A stretch of 32,000 bases of DNA from Pseudanabaenales cyanobacterium. Its GTDB lineage: Bacteria; Cyanobacteriota; Cyanobacteriia; Pseudanabaenales; Pseudanabaenaceae. Each line of letters starts with the position of its first letter. The stretch's first letter is position 1. A program made the position numbers and the translations under genes. The notes under the pieces were generated by a model. That model ran no database searches. It saw nothing but the letters and a program-made list of their open reading frames with translations, and was not told the origin of the DNA. Location of the stretch: the NCBI GenBank assembly GCA_038230875.1, contig JBBRMK010000008.1, positions 18,815-50,814 on the forward strand, written 5' to 3'. Shown one piece after another: positions 9,938 to 18,827 of the stretch.

Positions 9938-11010
9938 TTAGTTTATATACCAATTGGTCTTCAGGATGTTATGGTTCTCATTCTCGGTCTTCCAACGCGC
10001 TCTAGCTGATTCAACGACTTCTACAACATTGTCTGGAGCGATAGTGTGATTGGTGATAAACGCATTGTAATATACTACCGAACCATCTTTGGTATCTAGA
10101 ATCGTGAGTTCACACCAGTTCACCAGTAACGATGGTTGCTGGTCTCGTAATCGAATCTGATTCACAAATCGATAATTGTATATTTTTTGTGACTTTCTTT
10201 GCTTATATTTTGTGCTAAAACTTTGGACTCCTCCATTTTTGTCCAAGTATTCTAGCCACTCATATAACTGGGATGGCTAGATGCTAAACAGGTAAAGATA
10301 AAGTTCATAGCAGTATCTAAACAATGCTGACACATTGGCTGACGACTATAGAGATCGTCCCCTAAAAGCGTCACTGCTTGACCTTTAAACAGATGCCGAT
10401 GATGGCTAATCCAGCGTTTCGCGGCGGCTGTTTCACAATCTTGTTTGTCATGTCCATCTTGCGGTACAACCAATTCTGGTGGTAAAGATATTACTTCTTT
10501 ACAGTTAGGCGCTACGATCACTGGCAAAATCGCAGTGTGTGAGTATGTTACCTTGCCATTGCTATGGTTGCGAATACTACAACACTCACAGGAGATTTTT
10601 GCGGAACTATGATACTGGGTTCCATCCAAACAAATCAATAAGTTCCCACATAGTCTTTCGTAACTTTTTAGATGCTTTCCTAATTGTAGAAATTGATAAA
10701 CTCGCTCAAACACTCTGTTCAGGCTATTTGCCTTAATTAAATCAAGGATGTTCCGTGTTTGTGGGTCGCTTGGTATTTTCTCTAATCCAAATATACTTTG
10801 GACATTATCTTTACCCATTCGACTATACATTTGTCTTTGATGTTCTAAGAATGATTCGCATTGCATGAAGAACATTGAAAATGCGGCAAGCATCACATCA
10901 CTGACTTTATATTTTGTGGCTTTACTTGCCTCACGAGGATCTTTAATCTCACTGATCGTCTCGTGCAGAAACCCTAAAATAATACCGAAAATCAACACTA
11001 TTCGTTGCAT
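9938..11010 (-). mobile_element. Decayed IS remnant: DDE transposase gene (IS4/ISNCY-like), frameshifted and 3'-truncated
   Basis: Two ORFs (10252-11010 and 9938-10246) are in different frames. The second frame already reads SQLYEWLEYLDKNGG upstream of its listed start, so there is a single indel near 10262-10275. Homology ends after ARARWKTENENHNILKT (~9957), with no normal C-terminus. No terminal inverted repeats were identified. Confidence 0.65.
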
Positions 11011-11213
11011 TTCTTAACTGATGTCGTGTTTTTGTCTCTTCTTTACCTCTACTGCTATTTGTAAACTTATATCTGTATCTTTTGCTGCTTTTTGAATTTG
11101 GAACTGCTGGGCGATCGCTATCTCAGTGCTATTGGTCTTGAACTAACGCTAAAGTAAGTAATAGAAAAATTTAGATCGCCACCATAATTTAGTTATGGTC
11201 AAAGCGCGCAATT

Positions 11214-12305
11214 ATGTATCAACTGCCCAAGGATCAAAAAACCCAGCTTATCCGCATTGATCGAGGGATTAGTCAATATAACCATGACTATTATGCTGCG
11301 TTGGGCTTACCAATTATCACCAGTCCTATTTATATCCGTCATGTATATTTAAGCATTGCCCGAATATTGCACCCTGATGTTTATGGCTTTTCAAGCGAAG
11401 AAAAGGAAATGGCGACTCAGTATCTAGCTAAACTGGTCAATCCTGCTTACAACGTACTAATGAAAGAGCAAGAGCGCCAAGCCTATCAAGGAATTTTTAA
11501 ATTACTTGCTAAGCGCTTAATGCAAAAATCGCGGAATATTCCAATTTACTCGACAGTTGCCTGTGAGTTAATGTTCGCTCCTAGTGATGGTTTTTATGAG
11601 CGATCAGTTTCAACAACCGCCAAGGTGCAATACCAATCTCTGAAAAATATTCTAGAATATACGGCTCAGATAAGTGAACTAAATCTGGTATACATCCTTT
11701 ATAAAGAAGGTTATCAATATGGGGCATCGAATTTGCCGCCTGTACTTCAGCCAATGGTACAGCCAAAAAGCGCCAATCCTATTTCAAGTTATTTATATCC
11801 AAACTCTACCCAATATGCAACTTATGCAACCTCCAGCGATCGCGAAGCTGATGAAACCGTAGTTCAGAGAAGCATGGGAGTGGGTGATGCTAAGACGATT
11901 AGAGATCGCCTAAAAATCTGTGAGCGCTATTTGAGTAAGAGTGAGTGGAACGCGGCGCTCAAGGAACTCCGTAGTATTTTGCTAGTCGATAAAGATAACA
12001 GCAAATGTCTCGCCCTAATTGGGGTAGTTTATAAAAATATCAATCAGCCGCAAATGGCAAAAATTAGCTTGATGAGATCGCTTGAGCTTAATCCACAAGA
12101 GCCATTAGCACTACAGCATATCAAAGATCTTAGCAATCCTAATCCCACTCAAGCTGGTACAACAACTAAGAATAGTAGCAAAACCAATAGTGCTCACAAA
12201 CCAAATCCTATCCTGCCTACCAAGAAAAAACCTCTTCCTCCTCCACAAAAACGCGGTTGGTTATTTAATCTCCTCGGATGGGCTTCCGAAGACGAGTCAA
12301 AGTAA
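11214..12305 (+). CDS. J-domain protein with C-terminal TPR region
   Basis: The J-domain-like stretch DYYAALGLP...YLSIARILHPDVY carries an HPD tripeptide. The later TPR-like stretch is WNAALKELRSILLVDKDNSKCLALIGVVYKNINQPQMAKISLMRSLELNPQEP, followed by a basic/proline tail. Confidence 0.65.
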   Translation: MYQLPKDQKTQLIRIDRGISQYNHDYYAALGLPIITSPIYIRHVYLSIARILHPDVYGFSSEEKEMATQYLAKLVNPAYNVLMKEQERQAYQGIFKLLAKRLMQKSRNIPIYSTVACELMFAPSDGFYERSVSTTAKVQYQSLKNILEYTAQISELNLVYILYKEGYQYGASNLPPVLQPMVQPKSANPISSYLYPNSTQYATYATSSDREADETVVQRSMGVGDAKTIRDRLKICERYLSKSEWNAALKELRSILLVDKDNSKCLALIGVVYKNINQPQMAKISLMRSLELNPQEPLALQHIKDLSNPNPTQAGTTTKNSSKTNSAHKPNPILPTKKKPLPPPQKRGWLFNLLGWASEDESK

Positions 12306-12335
12306 AAAAGAAAGCGTTAGGCACTTTCTTTTTTA
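12306..12335 (+). terminator. Intrinsic terminator after the J-domain gene
   Basis: The stem agaaag / ctttct (12309-12314 / 12324-12329) is followed by a T-run. Confidence 0.55.
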
Positions 12336-12485
12336 TAGGACTTACGCAGAAATTGATTAAGCCCTCACCCCTAGCGCCTCTCCCGCAGGAGAGGGGAACA
12401 AGAAAAACAATATAATTTTGCTCCCCTTCTCCTGCGGGAGAAGGGGTTGGGGGATGAGGGGAAATTTACTTTGCGTAAGTCCTAT
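12335..12485. repeat. Palindromic MITE-like element, family 1, copy a
   Basis: The termini ataggacttacgca / tgcgtaagtcctat are perfectly complementary. The internal arms are agccctcacccc..ctctcccgcaggagagggg and ccccttctcctgcgggagaaggggttgggggatgagggg. A second copy in the opposite orientation lies at 16319-16466. Confidence 0.85.
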
Positions 12486-12589
12486 TTTATTTACTTTCTT
12501 TTTTATTTTCAGTCATCACCAAATAAGGAGCCAAAATGTTTCGGCAAAGATTCACGGTACGATAAAAGGCGAAGACTGAGAGAACTGTA

Positions 12590-13798
12590 ATGGTGCATCA
12601 ACTGCCAACTGGCGCAAAAGATTTACTTCCCCTAGACGTTGCTCAAAAGCGGTGGATTGAAAGCCGCATCCAACAAATTTTTCAGTCATGGGGGTATCAA
12701 CGCATCATTACCCCAACTGTGGAACATTTGCGATCGCTCACCGCAGGCGGAGCCGTCGATCCTGAGTCCGTAATCCAACTGCATAGCAGTAGCATCGATA
12801 TTTTAGGCTTACGTCCCGAATTTACCGCCTCGATCGCTAGAGCTTATGCCGCCCGTCTGGGAGGAGATGTGGCAACTTGTCCACAACGACTCTATTACAA
12901 TGCCAATGTATTTCGACGCAAAGCCAATAACACCTCGGAAGAATCATTTCAGGCAGGTGTAGAATTGCTCGGCGCCTCAGGCTTACTAGCCGATGGCGAA
13001 ATCTTAATGCTTTTAGCTGAAAGCCTTGATCGGGTAGAACTCCAAGATTGGCAAATCATCCTTGGCGACGCCAGACTGACAGGCGCATTGCTCGATCTTT
13101 TACCTGAGCAATATCGTCACAAAGTACGACAGTGCCTAGCTAACCTTGATCGAATTGCGCTGACAGAGATGGATTTACCTGCTGATGTCAAAGGCTATGC
13201 TCTCGAACTAATCGATTTACGTGGTAAGCCCAAAGATGTTCTTAGTCGTCTGGCTTCTAGTGTGTGGACATCAGGACTGACTGGCGAAATTAATTACCTT
13301 AAGTCGTTAATCGATCTATGGGAAAACACTGGCAAAATTTCAGGAAATAGCGATCGCCTAATTCTTGATCTCAGCTTTATGCAAACTTTTGACTATTACA
13401 CAGGGCTCGTGTTTGAAGTTGCTTGCAATAATTATGTCGTTGCTCAAGGCGGACGTTATGATCGCCTTCTTGGTGTCTATCATCCCCAAGGCATGAGCTA
13501 CCCTAGCATCGGCTTTTGCATTAATCTCGAAGATTTACAACAAGCTTTGCAGTCGCGATTACCGCAAACGCTAGCCACCTCTGGTTGCTTAGTTGTCGCC
13601 AAAACTCCAGATGCAATGCAAGCGGCCTTTGCCAAAGCCACCCAGTTGCGTCAATCGAGTGACCTCGAAGCGATCGAGATCGAACTAGAATTTCGTTCTG
13701 ACGATGCTGTCCGCGACCATGCAAAATCACGTGGTATTTCCGCGATCGCATGGGTAAGTAATGACGGGGCAATCATCACAGAAATAATCCAGAAATAA
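12590..13798 (+). CDS. hisZ: ATP phosphoribosyltransferase regulatory subunit HisZ (HisRS paralogue)
   Basis: 402 aa. LPTGAKDLLPLDVAQKRWIESRIQQIFQSWGYQRIITPTVEHL, LRPEFTASIARAY and FDYYTGLVFE are class-II HisRS-like catalytic core motifs, and there is no anticodon-binding domain. Confidence 0.85.
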   Translation: MVHQLPTGAKDLLPLDVAQKRWIESRIQQIFQSWGYQRIITPTVEHLRSLTAGGAVDPESVIQLHSSSIDILGLRPEFTASIARAYAARLGGDVATCPQRLYYNANVFRRKANNTSEESFQAGVELLGASGLLADGEILMLLAESLDRVELQDWQIILGDARLTGALLDLLPEQYRHKVRQCLANLDRIALTEMDLPADVKGYALELIDLRGKPKDVLSRLASSVWTSGLTGEINYLKSLIDLWENTGKISGNSDRLILDLSFMQTFDYYTGLVFEVACNNYVVAQGGRYDRLLGVYHPQGMSYPSIGFCINLEDLQQALQSRLPQTLATSGCLVVAKTPDAMQAAFAKATQLRQSSDLEAIEIELEFRSDDAVRDHAKSRGISAIAWVSNDGAIITEIIQK

Positions 13799-13871
13799 TT
13801 TAGAGCGATCGCACGCATCGTTAACCCAAAAATGAGGAGCAAAGCTTCCGTCCTCATTTTTGGGCTGGGGA

Positions 13872-14008
13872 ATTATTTTAAAGTAATTTACAGCAAATCC
13901 CGAACAAAACCACCACTAGATTTTCATAAAAGTCTCATTTCGCGGAGCTTTTATGAAAATCTGGGTTTGGTTTGTTCTTAATCTGCTGTAAATTACTTTA
14001 AAAATCTC
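13872..14008. repeat. Palindromic MITE-like element, family 2, copy a
   Basis: The left arm taaagtaatttacagcaaatcccgaacaaaaccaccactagattttcataaaag is the inverted complement of the right arm cttttatgaaaatctgggtttggtttgttcttaatctgctgtaaattacttta. Related copies lie at 16083-16187 and 16583-16688. Confidence 0.85.
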
Positions 14009-14099
14009 TATTGAATTTGTTAAATTTGAAGAACTTAAGGTAATCTATTCAGTCAATCCTCAATTTTGCTAGAGATTGGATCGTGATAGGTACGTTTGA

Positions 14100-14543
14100 A
14101 TGAGATTTCCAGAGACTGCAAAATCCAGTGTAAGTTTGGCTTTTAGCCTAGGATTGATCGGCGCAATTGTTGGGTCAGGCTGGTACTACGTAATTTTGCC
14201 CTATCAGAAACATCCTAAAAAGCCTGCTTTTTCCAATGATTTAAAAGCTGCTCCTGCTCCCATGTCGCCGATCGCAGCAATTAAAATCCCGACTATGCCT
14301 CAACCAACTGTCAAAGCCAAGCCGAAAGCAACAGATGCAAAATATCAAGGCAAAGTGAATGCCAGTATTGGTTTAGTGTTTCGCGCTGATCCTAATCAAT
14401 CTGCTAAAAATATCGGTGGCGCAGATTTTAATACTAAAGTTGCCGTTCTCAAGGAAGCACCTGATCGCGAGTGGTTGTATGTAAGAAACGAAAATACGAA
14501 AGAAGAAGGCTGGGTCAGAGTCGGAAATATTACCAAAGAATAA
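14100..14543 (+). CDS. Membrane-anchored SH3 (SH3_3-like) domain protein
   Basis: 147 aa with an N-terminal TM helix (LAFSLGLIGAIVGSGWYYVIL), a Pro/Lys linker and a C-terminal SH3b-like segment (GLVFRADPNQSAKNIGGADFNTKVAVLKEAPDREWLYVRN..EGWVRVGNI). Confidence 0.55.
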   Translation: MRFPETAKSSVSLAFSLGLIGAIVGSGWYYVILPYQKHPKKPAFSNDLKAAPAPMSPIAAIKIPTMPQPTVKAKPKATDAKYQGKVNASIGLVFRADPNQSAKNIGGADFNTKVAVLKEAPDREWLYVRNENTKEEGWVRVGNITKE

Positions 14544-14544
14544 A

Positions 14545-14571
14545 GAAAAGCCTCGCATTGCGAGGCTTTTC
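14545..14571. terminator. Bidirectional intrinsic terminator shared by the convergent SH3 gene and mntH
   Basis: gaaaagcctcgcattgcgaggcttttc is a perfect 27-nt palindrome with an A-run on one side and a T-run on the other. Confidence 0.8.
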
Positions 14572-14572
14572 T

Positions 14573-15925
14573 TTATTTCAACCATCCTAAAGCTGTCTGT
14601 ACCAGTAGCCATACATTTAAACTGACAATAATCACGGCAACTGCGCTAGCTACAACCTTTAGCCAAAGCGGATTCACAAACTCACCCATCAAACGGCGAT
14701 CGCTAGTAAACATAATCAGTGGGATCACCGCAAATGAAAGTTGCAAGCTCAAAATTACTTGACTAAATACTAATAATTGGCCTGTACTTTGCTCACCGAA
14801 GAAAATGATCGCAATTAGAGCAGGAACAATCGCGATCAGTCGAGTTAATAATCGCCGCAGCCAAGGTTGAAGCCGTAGGTTTAAAAAGCCTTCCATTACG
14901 ATTTGTCCAGCCATGGTTGCGGTTAAAGTTGAGCTTTGCCCAGATGCTAACAGCGCAAAACCAAAAATTGCACTAGCAGCACCCACACCTAGCAAAGGTG
15001 ACAGCAATTTGTAGGCATCCTGAATTTCAGCAACCTCCTGATTGCCCGAAAAATGAAACGTTGCCGCCGCCACAATTAGGATCGCCGCGTTAATAAATAG
15101 TGCTAATGACAAAGCCACAGTGGAATCGATTGTGCCAAATTTGATCGCTTCCCACTTCTTTTCGGGAGTGTTCTGCCATGCACGAGTTTGCACGATCGCT
15201 GAATGCAAATAAAGATTATGTGGCATCACGGTTGCTCCCAAAATCCCCACTGCGATGTAGAGCATTGGCAAGTTCTGGACAATTTGATGATTTGGTACAA
15301 ATCCCATCAAGATGCTACCCACATCAGGGCGCGAGAAAATGATTTCTGCTGTAAAACATCCTGCGATTGTGGCAACTAAGGTAATCACCAAAGCTTCGAT
15401 ATAACGAAATCCCTTACTTTGTAATAACAGCACCACAAGCACATCTAGCGCCATAATGCACACGCCCCAGAACAGAGGAATACCAAACAGCAATTGCAGG
15501 GCGATTGCGCTTCCCAATAATTCGGCGAGATCACAAGCAGCGATCGCAATTTCGCATATCACCCATAGCCCAAAATTTATGCGCGGACTAAAATAATCTC
15601 GACAGGTTTGAGCCAGATCGCGCCCCGTTGCCACACCTAAACGAACACACAAAGATTGCAGCAAAATTGCCATCAAATTTGACAACAAAATCACACTTAG
15701 TAATATGTAGCCAAATTTTGAGCCGCCAGCAATATCGGTCGCCCAATTGCCAGGATCCATATAGCCAACTGAGACTAAGTATCCAGGACCTGCATAAGCC
15801 ATCATCTTTCGCCAAAAACCTTTACCGTCAGGAATAGCGATCGTGCGATGCACCTCTGGTAAACTAGGGCGTTTTTCTGCGACTGTCATTCCAGAACCAC
15901 CTTTCATAATCGTTTCATAATTCAA
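14573..15925 (-). CDS. mntH: Nramp-family divalent metal (Mn2+/Fe2+) transporter MntH
   Basis: 450 aa and polytopic. Nramp signatures are present: GPGYLVSVGYMDPGNWATDIAGGSKFGY, LGATVMPHNLYLHSA and LASGQSSTLTATMAGQIVMEGF. The true start may be one of the downstream Met codons. Confidence 0.9.
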   Translation of the reverse strand: MNYETIMKGGSGMTVAEKRPSLPEVHRTIAIPDGKGFWRKMMAYAGPGYLVSVGYMDPGNWATDIAGGSKFGYILLSVILLSNLMAILLQSLCVRLGVATGRDLAQTCRDYFSPRINFGLWVICEIAIAACDLAELLGSAIALQLLFGIPLFWGVCIMALDVLVVLLLQSKGFRYIEALVITLVATIAGCFTAEIIFSRPDVGSILMGFVPNHQIVQNLPMLYIAVGILGATVMPHNLYLHSAIVQTRAWQNTPEKKWEAIKFGTIDSTVALSLALFINAAILIVAAATFHFSGNQEVAEIQDAYKLLSPLLGVGAASAIFGFALLASGQSSTLTATMAGQIVMEGFLNLRLQPWLRRLLTRLIAIVPALIAIIFFGEQSTGQLLVFSQVILSLQLSFAVIPLIMFTSDRRLMGEFVNPLWLKVVASAVAVIIVSLNVWLLVQTALGWLK

Positions 15926-16082
15926 TTTATGATAGTTGACAATCTAAAAAAGAAACTTTAATGAAAGAAAATATTTATGATTCAGTCCCTACTTTTATTG
16001 ATCGCGTTGTCCCTGATAAGTTTGACCTATCGGTGGTTGGATTGTATTTTTAGGCGTATTGGTCATTATGTACACCCTCAAA

Positions 16083-16187
16083 TACAGCAGATTGCGAACA
16101 AAGAACGACAATATTTTCGTAAAAGCCCAGCTTTGCGGGGCTTTTACAAAAATCTGGGTTTGGTTTATTCTCAATCTGCAGTAAGAA
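16083..16187. repeat. MITE-like element, family 2, copy c (diverged)
   Basis: tacagcagattgcgaacaaag...aaaagcccagctttgcggggcttttacaaaaatctgggtttggtttattctcaatctgcagtaa aligns with 16583-16688. Confidence 0.7.
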
Positions 16188-16318
16188 GACTAATCGAGCA
16201 TTTACTCAAACGTTGTTATGTTCCATTACCAGAATGCTATGTCAGTTGGCAAAGAGAAATTAGAGCTTTTTATAACGATATCAAAGATATTTTAGAAGAT
16301 GCGCCTAGTTTAAAAACT

Positions 16319-16466
16319 GATGTTACGTGGAGCGAAAATTACCCCTCATCCCCCAACCCCTTCTCCCGCAGGAGAAGGGGAGCAAAACCCAAATTATTTT
16401 CTTGTTCCCCTCTCCTGCGGGAGAAGGGGTTGGGGGTGAGGGCTTTAGAAACTTCCACGTAACATC
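16319..16466. repeat. MITE-like element, family 1, copy b (inverted relative to copy a)
   Basis: The termini gatgttacgtgga / tccacgtaacatc are perfectly complementary. The interior acccctcatcccccaaccccttctcccgcaggagaagggg ... cccctctcctgcgggagaaggggttgggggtgagggct matches the reverse complement of 12335-12485. Confidence 0.85.
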
Positions 16467-16582
16467 AGTAAAAAATCAAATCGCTGAAATCTTGCCCAAG
16501 GTGTTTGAGAATGCTCTTGCCTCTATGAGAGAAGAATATCCGCAAGTAAATTCCCCTGATTCTTGGCTTGATAATTGCGATG

Positions 16583-16688
16583 TTACAGCAGATTGAGAAC
16601 AAACCCACCACTAGATTTTTTATAAAAGCCCCGCGAAGCGGGGCTTTTATAAAAAATCTGGGTTTGGTTTGTTCGGGATTTGCTGTAA
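16583..16688. repeat. MITE-like element, family 2, copy b
   Basis: ttacagcagattgagaacaaacccaccactagattttttataaaagccccgcgaagcggggcttttataaaaaatctgggtttggtttgttcgggatttgctgtaa is a near-perfect hairpin. Confidence 0.85.
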
Positions 16689-16734
16689 TAACATCTTAAA
16701 TCGTAATTTTTTGGGAAATTAATCAGCCCTAAGG

Positions 16735-16810
16735 CGATTTATTAGAAAGATTTTACCGTAGTTGTACCGCGCGAAGCGCGGCACAACTACATTTTGGTTT
16801 TAATAAATCG
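16735..16810. repeat. Small palindromic element
   Basis: The outer arms are cgatttatta / taataaatcg and the inner hairpin is gtagttgtaccgcgcg aa gcgcggcacaactac. Confidence 0.6.
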
Positions 16811-17105
16811 GGTACTTTTATTGTTAGAGATCACCTAAGGATCGCATTGTTGGTTTTGGTGAAGATTTTGTTGTGATTAAAATCAGTGTAAAAAACAACA
16901 ATATTCAAAAGAGAAAGAGTGCGGAGTATTGATTGGTTTGTCAGATTGAGTCACCTGTCTGCGTGCTTTCGTTAACGATTTACTTGAAGAGCGATCGCGA
17001 TGCTATTAGTGCATCGGAAGTCTTGGATATTTTGTCTTCTATCGCTTATGGTGAATAGGCGATCGCTAGCTTAAAAAATTACTTTCCTAGTTCGTTATTT
17101 TGTAA

Positions 17106-17227
17106 TGTTATGATCAATCTGATCCAAAGAAGTTTACGGTTGAGGCGATCGCGTAGAACAAGTTAGTGCAAGAAAAGTAAATGCTAATGGTGATGCTATT
17201 TTTAAGATCGCTCAAAGAGTTAATTAG
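17106..17227 (+). pseudogene. Internal-deletion remnant of the 153-aa tail-motif protein gene (module copy 1)
   Basis: The remnant keeps the upstream leader (taatgttatgat) and the stretch acggttgaggcgatcgc, which matches 19442-19456 of the intact gene. It then jumps to gtagaacaagttagtgcaagaaaagtaaatgctaatggtgatgctatttttaagatcgctcaaagagttaattag, which matches 19745-19819. The junction lies in a GCGATCGC site. The retained tail reads ARKVNANGDAIFKIAQRVN*. Confidence 0.7.
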
Positions 17228-17251
17228 ATTGCAAGGCTGGAGGTTAGAGAT

Positions 17252-17683
17252 ATGGAAGAGTTGTTAGAGCTTAAGGAATTGCTCATTGGCGGGAATATTT
17301 CTGATGCTTTGCTGTTGGTAGAGGAGATGACGGAGATGAGTAAGGATGACAAACTGAATAAGATTTTCAGTTTCAGTATTATCGTTCTACTGCATTTAAT
17401 TAAGCAATCTGCTGAAAAGCGATCAACGCGATCATGGGAAATGTCGATCTCTAACTCTTTAAAACAAATTCAGCGCTCCAATAAACGGCGTAAGGCAGGT
17501 GGGAACTACCTAATCGAAGCAGAGATAAGAGAAACTCTTGAGGATGCTTATGAAACTGCTTTAAATCAAGCTTCTTTGGAGGCGTTTGAAGGCAGATATG
17601 AGGTGTCGGCAATCGCGGCAATGGTCGATCACTCGGCAATTATTGACAAGGCGATCGCTCTAATTTCTAGTGGTGAAGCGTGA
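17252..17683 (+). CDS. DUF29-like helical protein, paralogue 1
   Basis: 143 aa and intact. The segment LVEEMTEMSKDDKLNKI..LLHLIKQSAEKRSTRSWEMSI..IQRSNKRR parallels the DUF29 pattern (LIEEIE.MGRSE...LL.HLLKW.....RS.SW...I...R.EI). The first 38 aa are nearly identical to paralogues 2 and 3. Confidence 0.6.
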   Translation: MEELLELKELLIGGNISDALLLVEEMTEMSKDDKLNKIFSFSIIVLLHLIKQSAEKRSTRSWEMSISNSLKQIQRSNKRRKAGGNYLIEAEIRETLEDAYETALNQASLEAFEGRYEVSAIAAMVDHSAIIDKAIALISSGEA

Positions 17684-17857
17684 GCTAGTCATAGATTACC
17701 CTATACTCGCGATGATATTAGTACATCGGAAATCTTGGATATTTTGGCTTCTATTTCTGATGATGAGTAGGCGATCACTATGTTTAGAAAATCGCTTTTC
17801 TGTTTTGTTATTTTGTAATGTTATGATTGTTTCCATTAAAGTTATAAAAATACGGCT

Positions 17858-18319
17858 ATGGCAGATCCTTTAACGGCTGAGGCGTTGGTGGTATTGGCGG
17901 CTTAGAAGTTTGTTGAGTCAAGTGCTGGAGAACTCGCTAAGAAATTTACGACTGAGGCGATCGCAAAGATTCCTGACCTATGACAGCAAATCAAAAATAA
18001 GTTACAGGGTAGATCTGCCAAGGTTGATGAGGCTTTGGTTAAGTTGGAATCGGGCGATCAAAGTGCCATTGATACAATTACCAAAAATCTCGATGTGGTG
18101 TTGGATGAAGATGAAACTTTTGCGTCACTGTTGCAAAAATTGGCTAAGGAAATTAATACAGGGAAAATTAGTCAAGTTGGTTTAAATGGTATTACTGCGA
18201 ATCGAGTAGCGGCGGAAATTGTACAAGATGCTAAGGGTGATCGCGTAGAGAAAATTGGTGCGAGGGATGTAAAAGCGACTGGCGATACGGTTTTTAAAAT
18301 CAAGCAAAATGTAGATTAG
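17858..18319 (+). pseudogene. Tail-motif small protein gene, module copy 2, with two in-frame stops
   Basis: The frame is collinear with 19358-19819 over its full length, but it has TAG at 17903-17905 and TGA at 17981-17983 (TGG in copy 3). The C-terminal tail is intact: IGARDVKATGDTVFKIKQNVD*. Confidence 0.8.
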
Positions 18320-18336
18320 GCTGCGAGGTTAGGAAT

Positions 18337-18768
18337 ATGGAAGAGTTATTAGAACTTAGAGAACTGCTGATTGGTGGCAATATTTCTGATGCTTTGCTGT
18401 TGGTGGAGGAGATGACGGAAATGAGCAAGGATGACAAACTAAATAAGATCTCTAGTTTTGCGAAGATTCTCCTTCTCCATTTAATTAAGCGTCAAGCCGA
18501 AGAAAAGACAACAAGATCGTGGGATGCTTCGATTGATAATGCGGTGTATGAGATTCAGAAAACTAATCGCAGACGGAAGGCTGGAGGTGCTTATCTTTCG
18601 GCTGAAGAGTTGAGGGAGGCGGTGGCGGATGCCTATAGGGTTGCCATGTCTGGCGCGGCGGCAGAAGCTTTTGGCGGTTGCTATACGGTCACGCAACTAG
18701 CGGCAATGGTCGATCGCTCTGCAATTATTGACAAAGCGATCGCTTTAGTTTTTGGCGGAAATGCGTGA
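18337..18768 (+). CDS. DUF29-like helical protein, paralogue 2
   Basis: 143 aa and intact, with the same architecture as 17252-17683 and 19844-20275. Confidence 0.6.
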   Translation: MEELLELRELLIGGNISDALLLVEEMTEMSKDDKLNKISSFAKILLLHLIKRQAEEKTTRSWDASIDNAVYEIQKTNRRRKAGGAYLSAEELREAVADAYRVAMSGAAAEAFGGCYTVTQLAAMVDRSAIIDKAIALVFGGNA

Positions 18769-18827
18769 ACTAACCACAGACTCCCTCATCCATCTAATAA
18801 CATTGAGACTATACTCATCGCGAAGAT

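Noticed and set aside
9643-10005. 120-aa ORF with a ..IAIVTVPSGKSTN.. stretch, considered as a ComF/phosphoribosyltransferase-like fragment.
   Set aside because: The ORF is chimeric. Its 3' end is antisense to the transposase fragment, and the rest is AT-rich low-complexity sequence. The similarity is too short to support a call.
10240-10280. Programmed ribosomal frameshift joining the two transposase ORFs.
   Set aside because: There is no slippery heptamer or downstream structure at the junction. The gene is additionally truncated at its 3' end, so decay is more likely than programmed recoding.
15926-15976. Mn-responsive (yybP-ykoY type) riboswitch upstream of mntH.
   Set aside because: Only about 50 nt separate the mntH start region from the next ORF, which is far too short for that riboswitch. 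No conserved four-way junction sequence is visible.
17670-18185. ORFs 17670-17873 and 17910-18185 in the intermodule region.
   Set aside because: The first spans the spacer and leader sequence that is repeated before each module. The second is out of frame within the copy-2 small-protein pseudogene. The homologous frame is the one aligned to 19358-19819.
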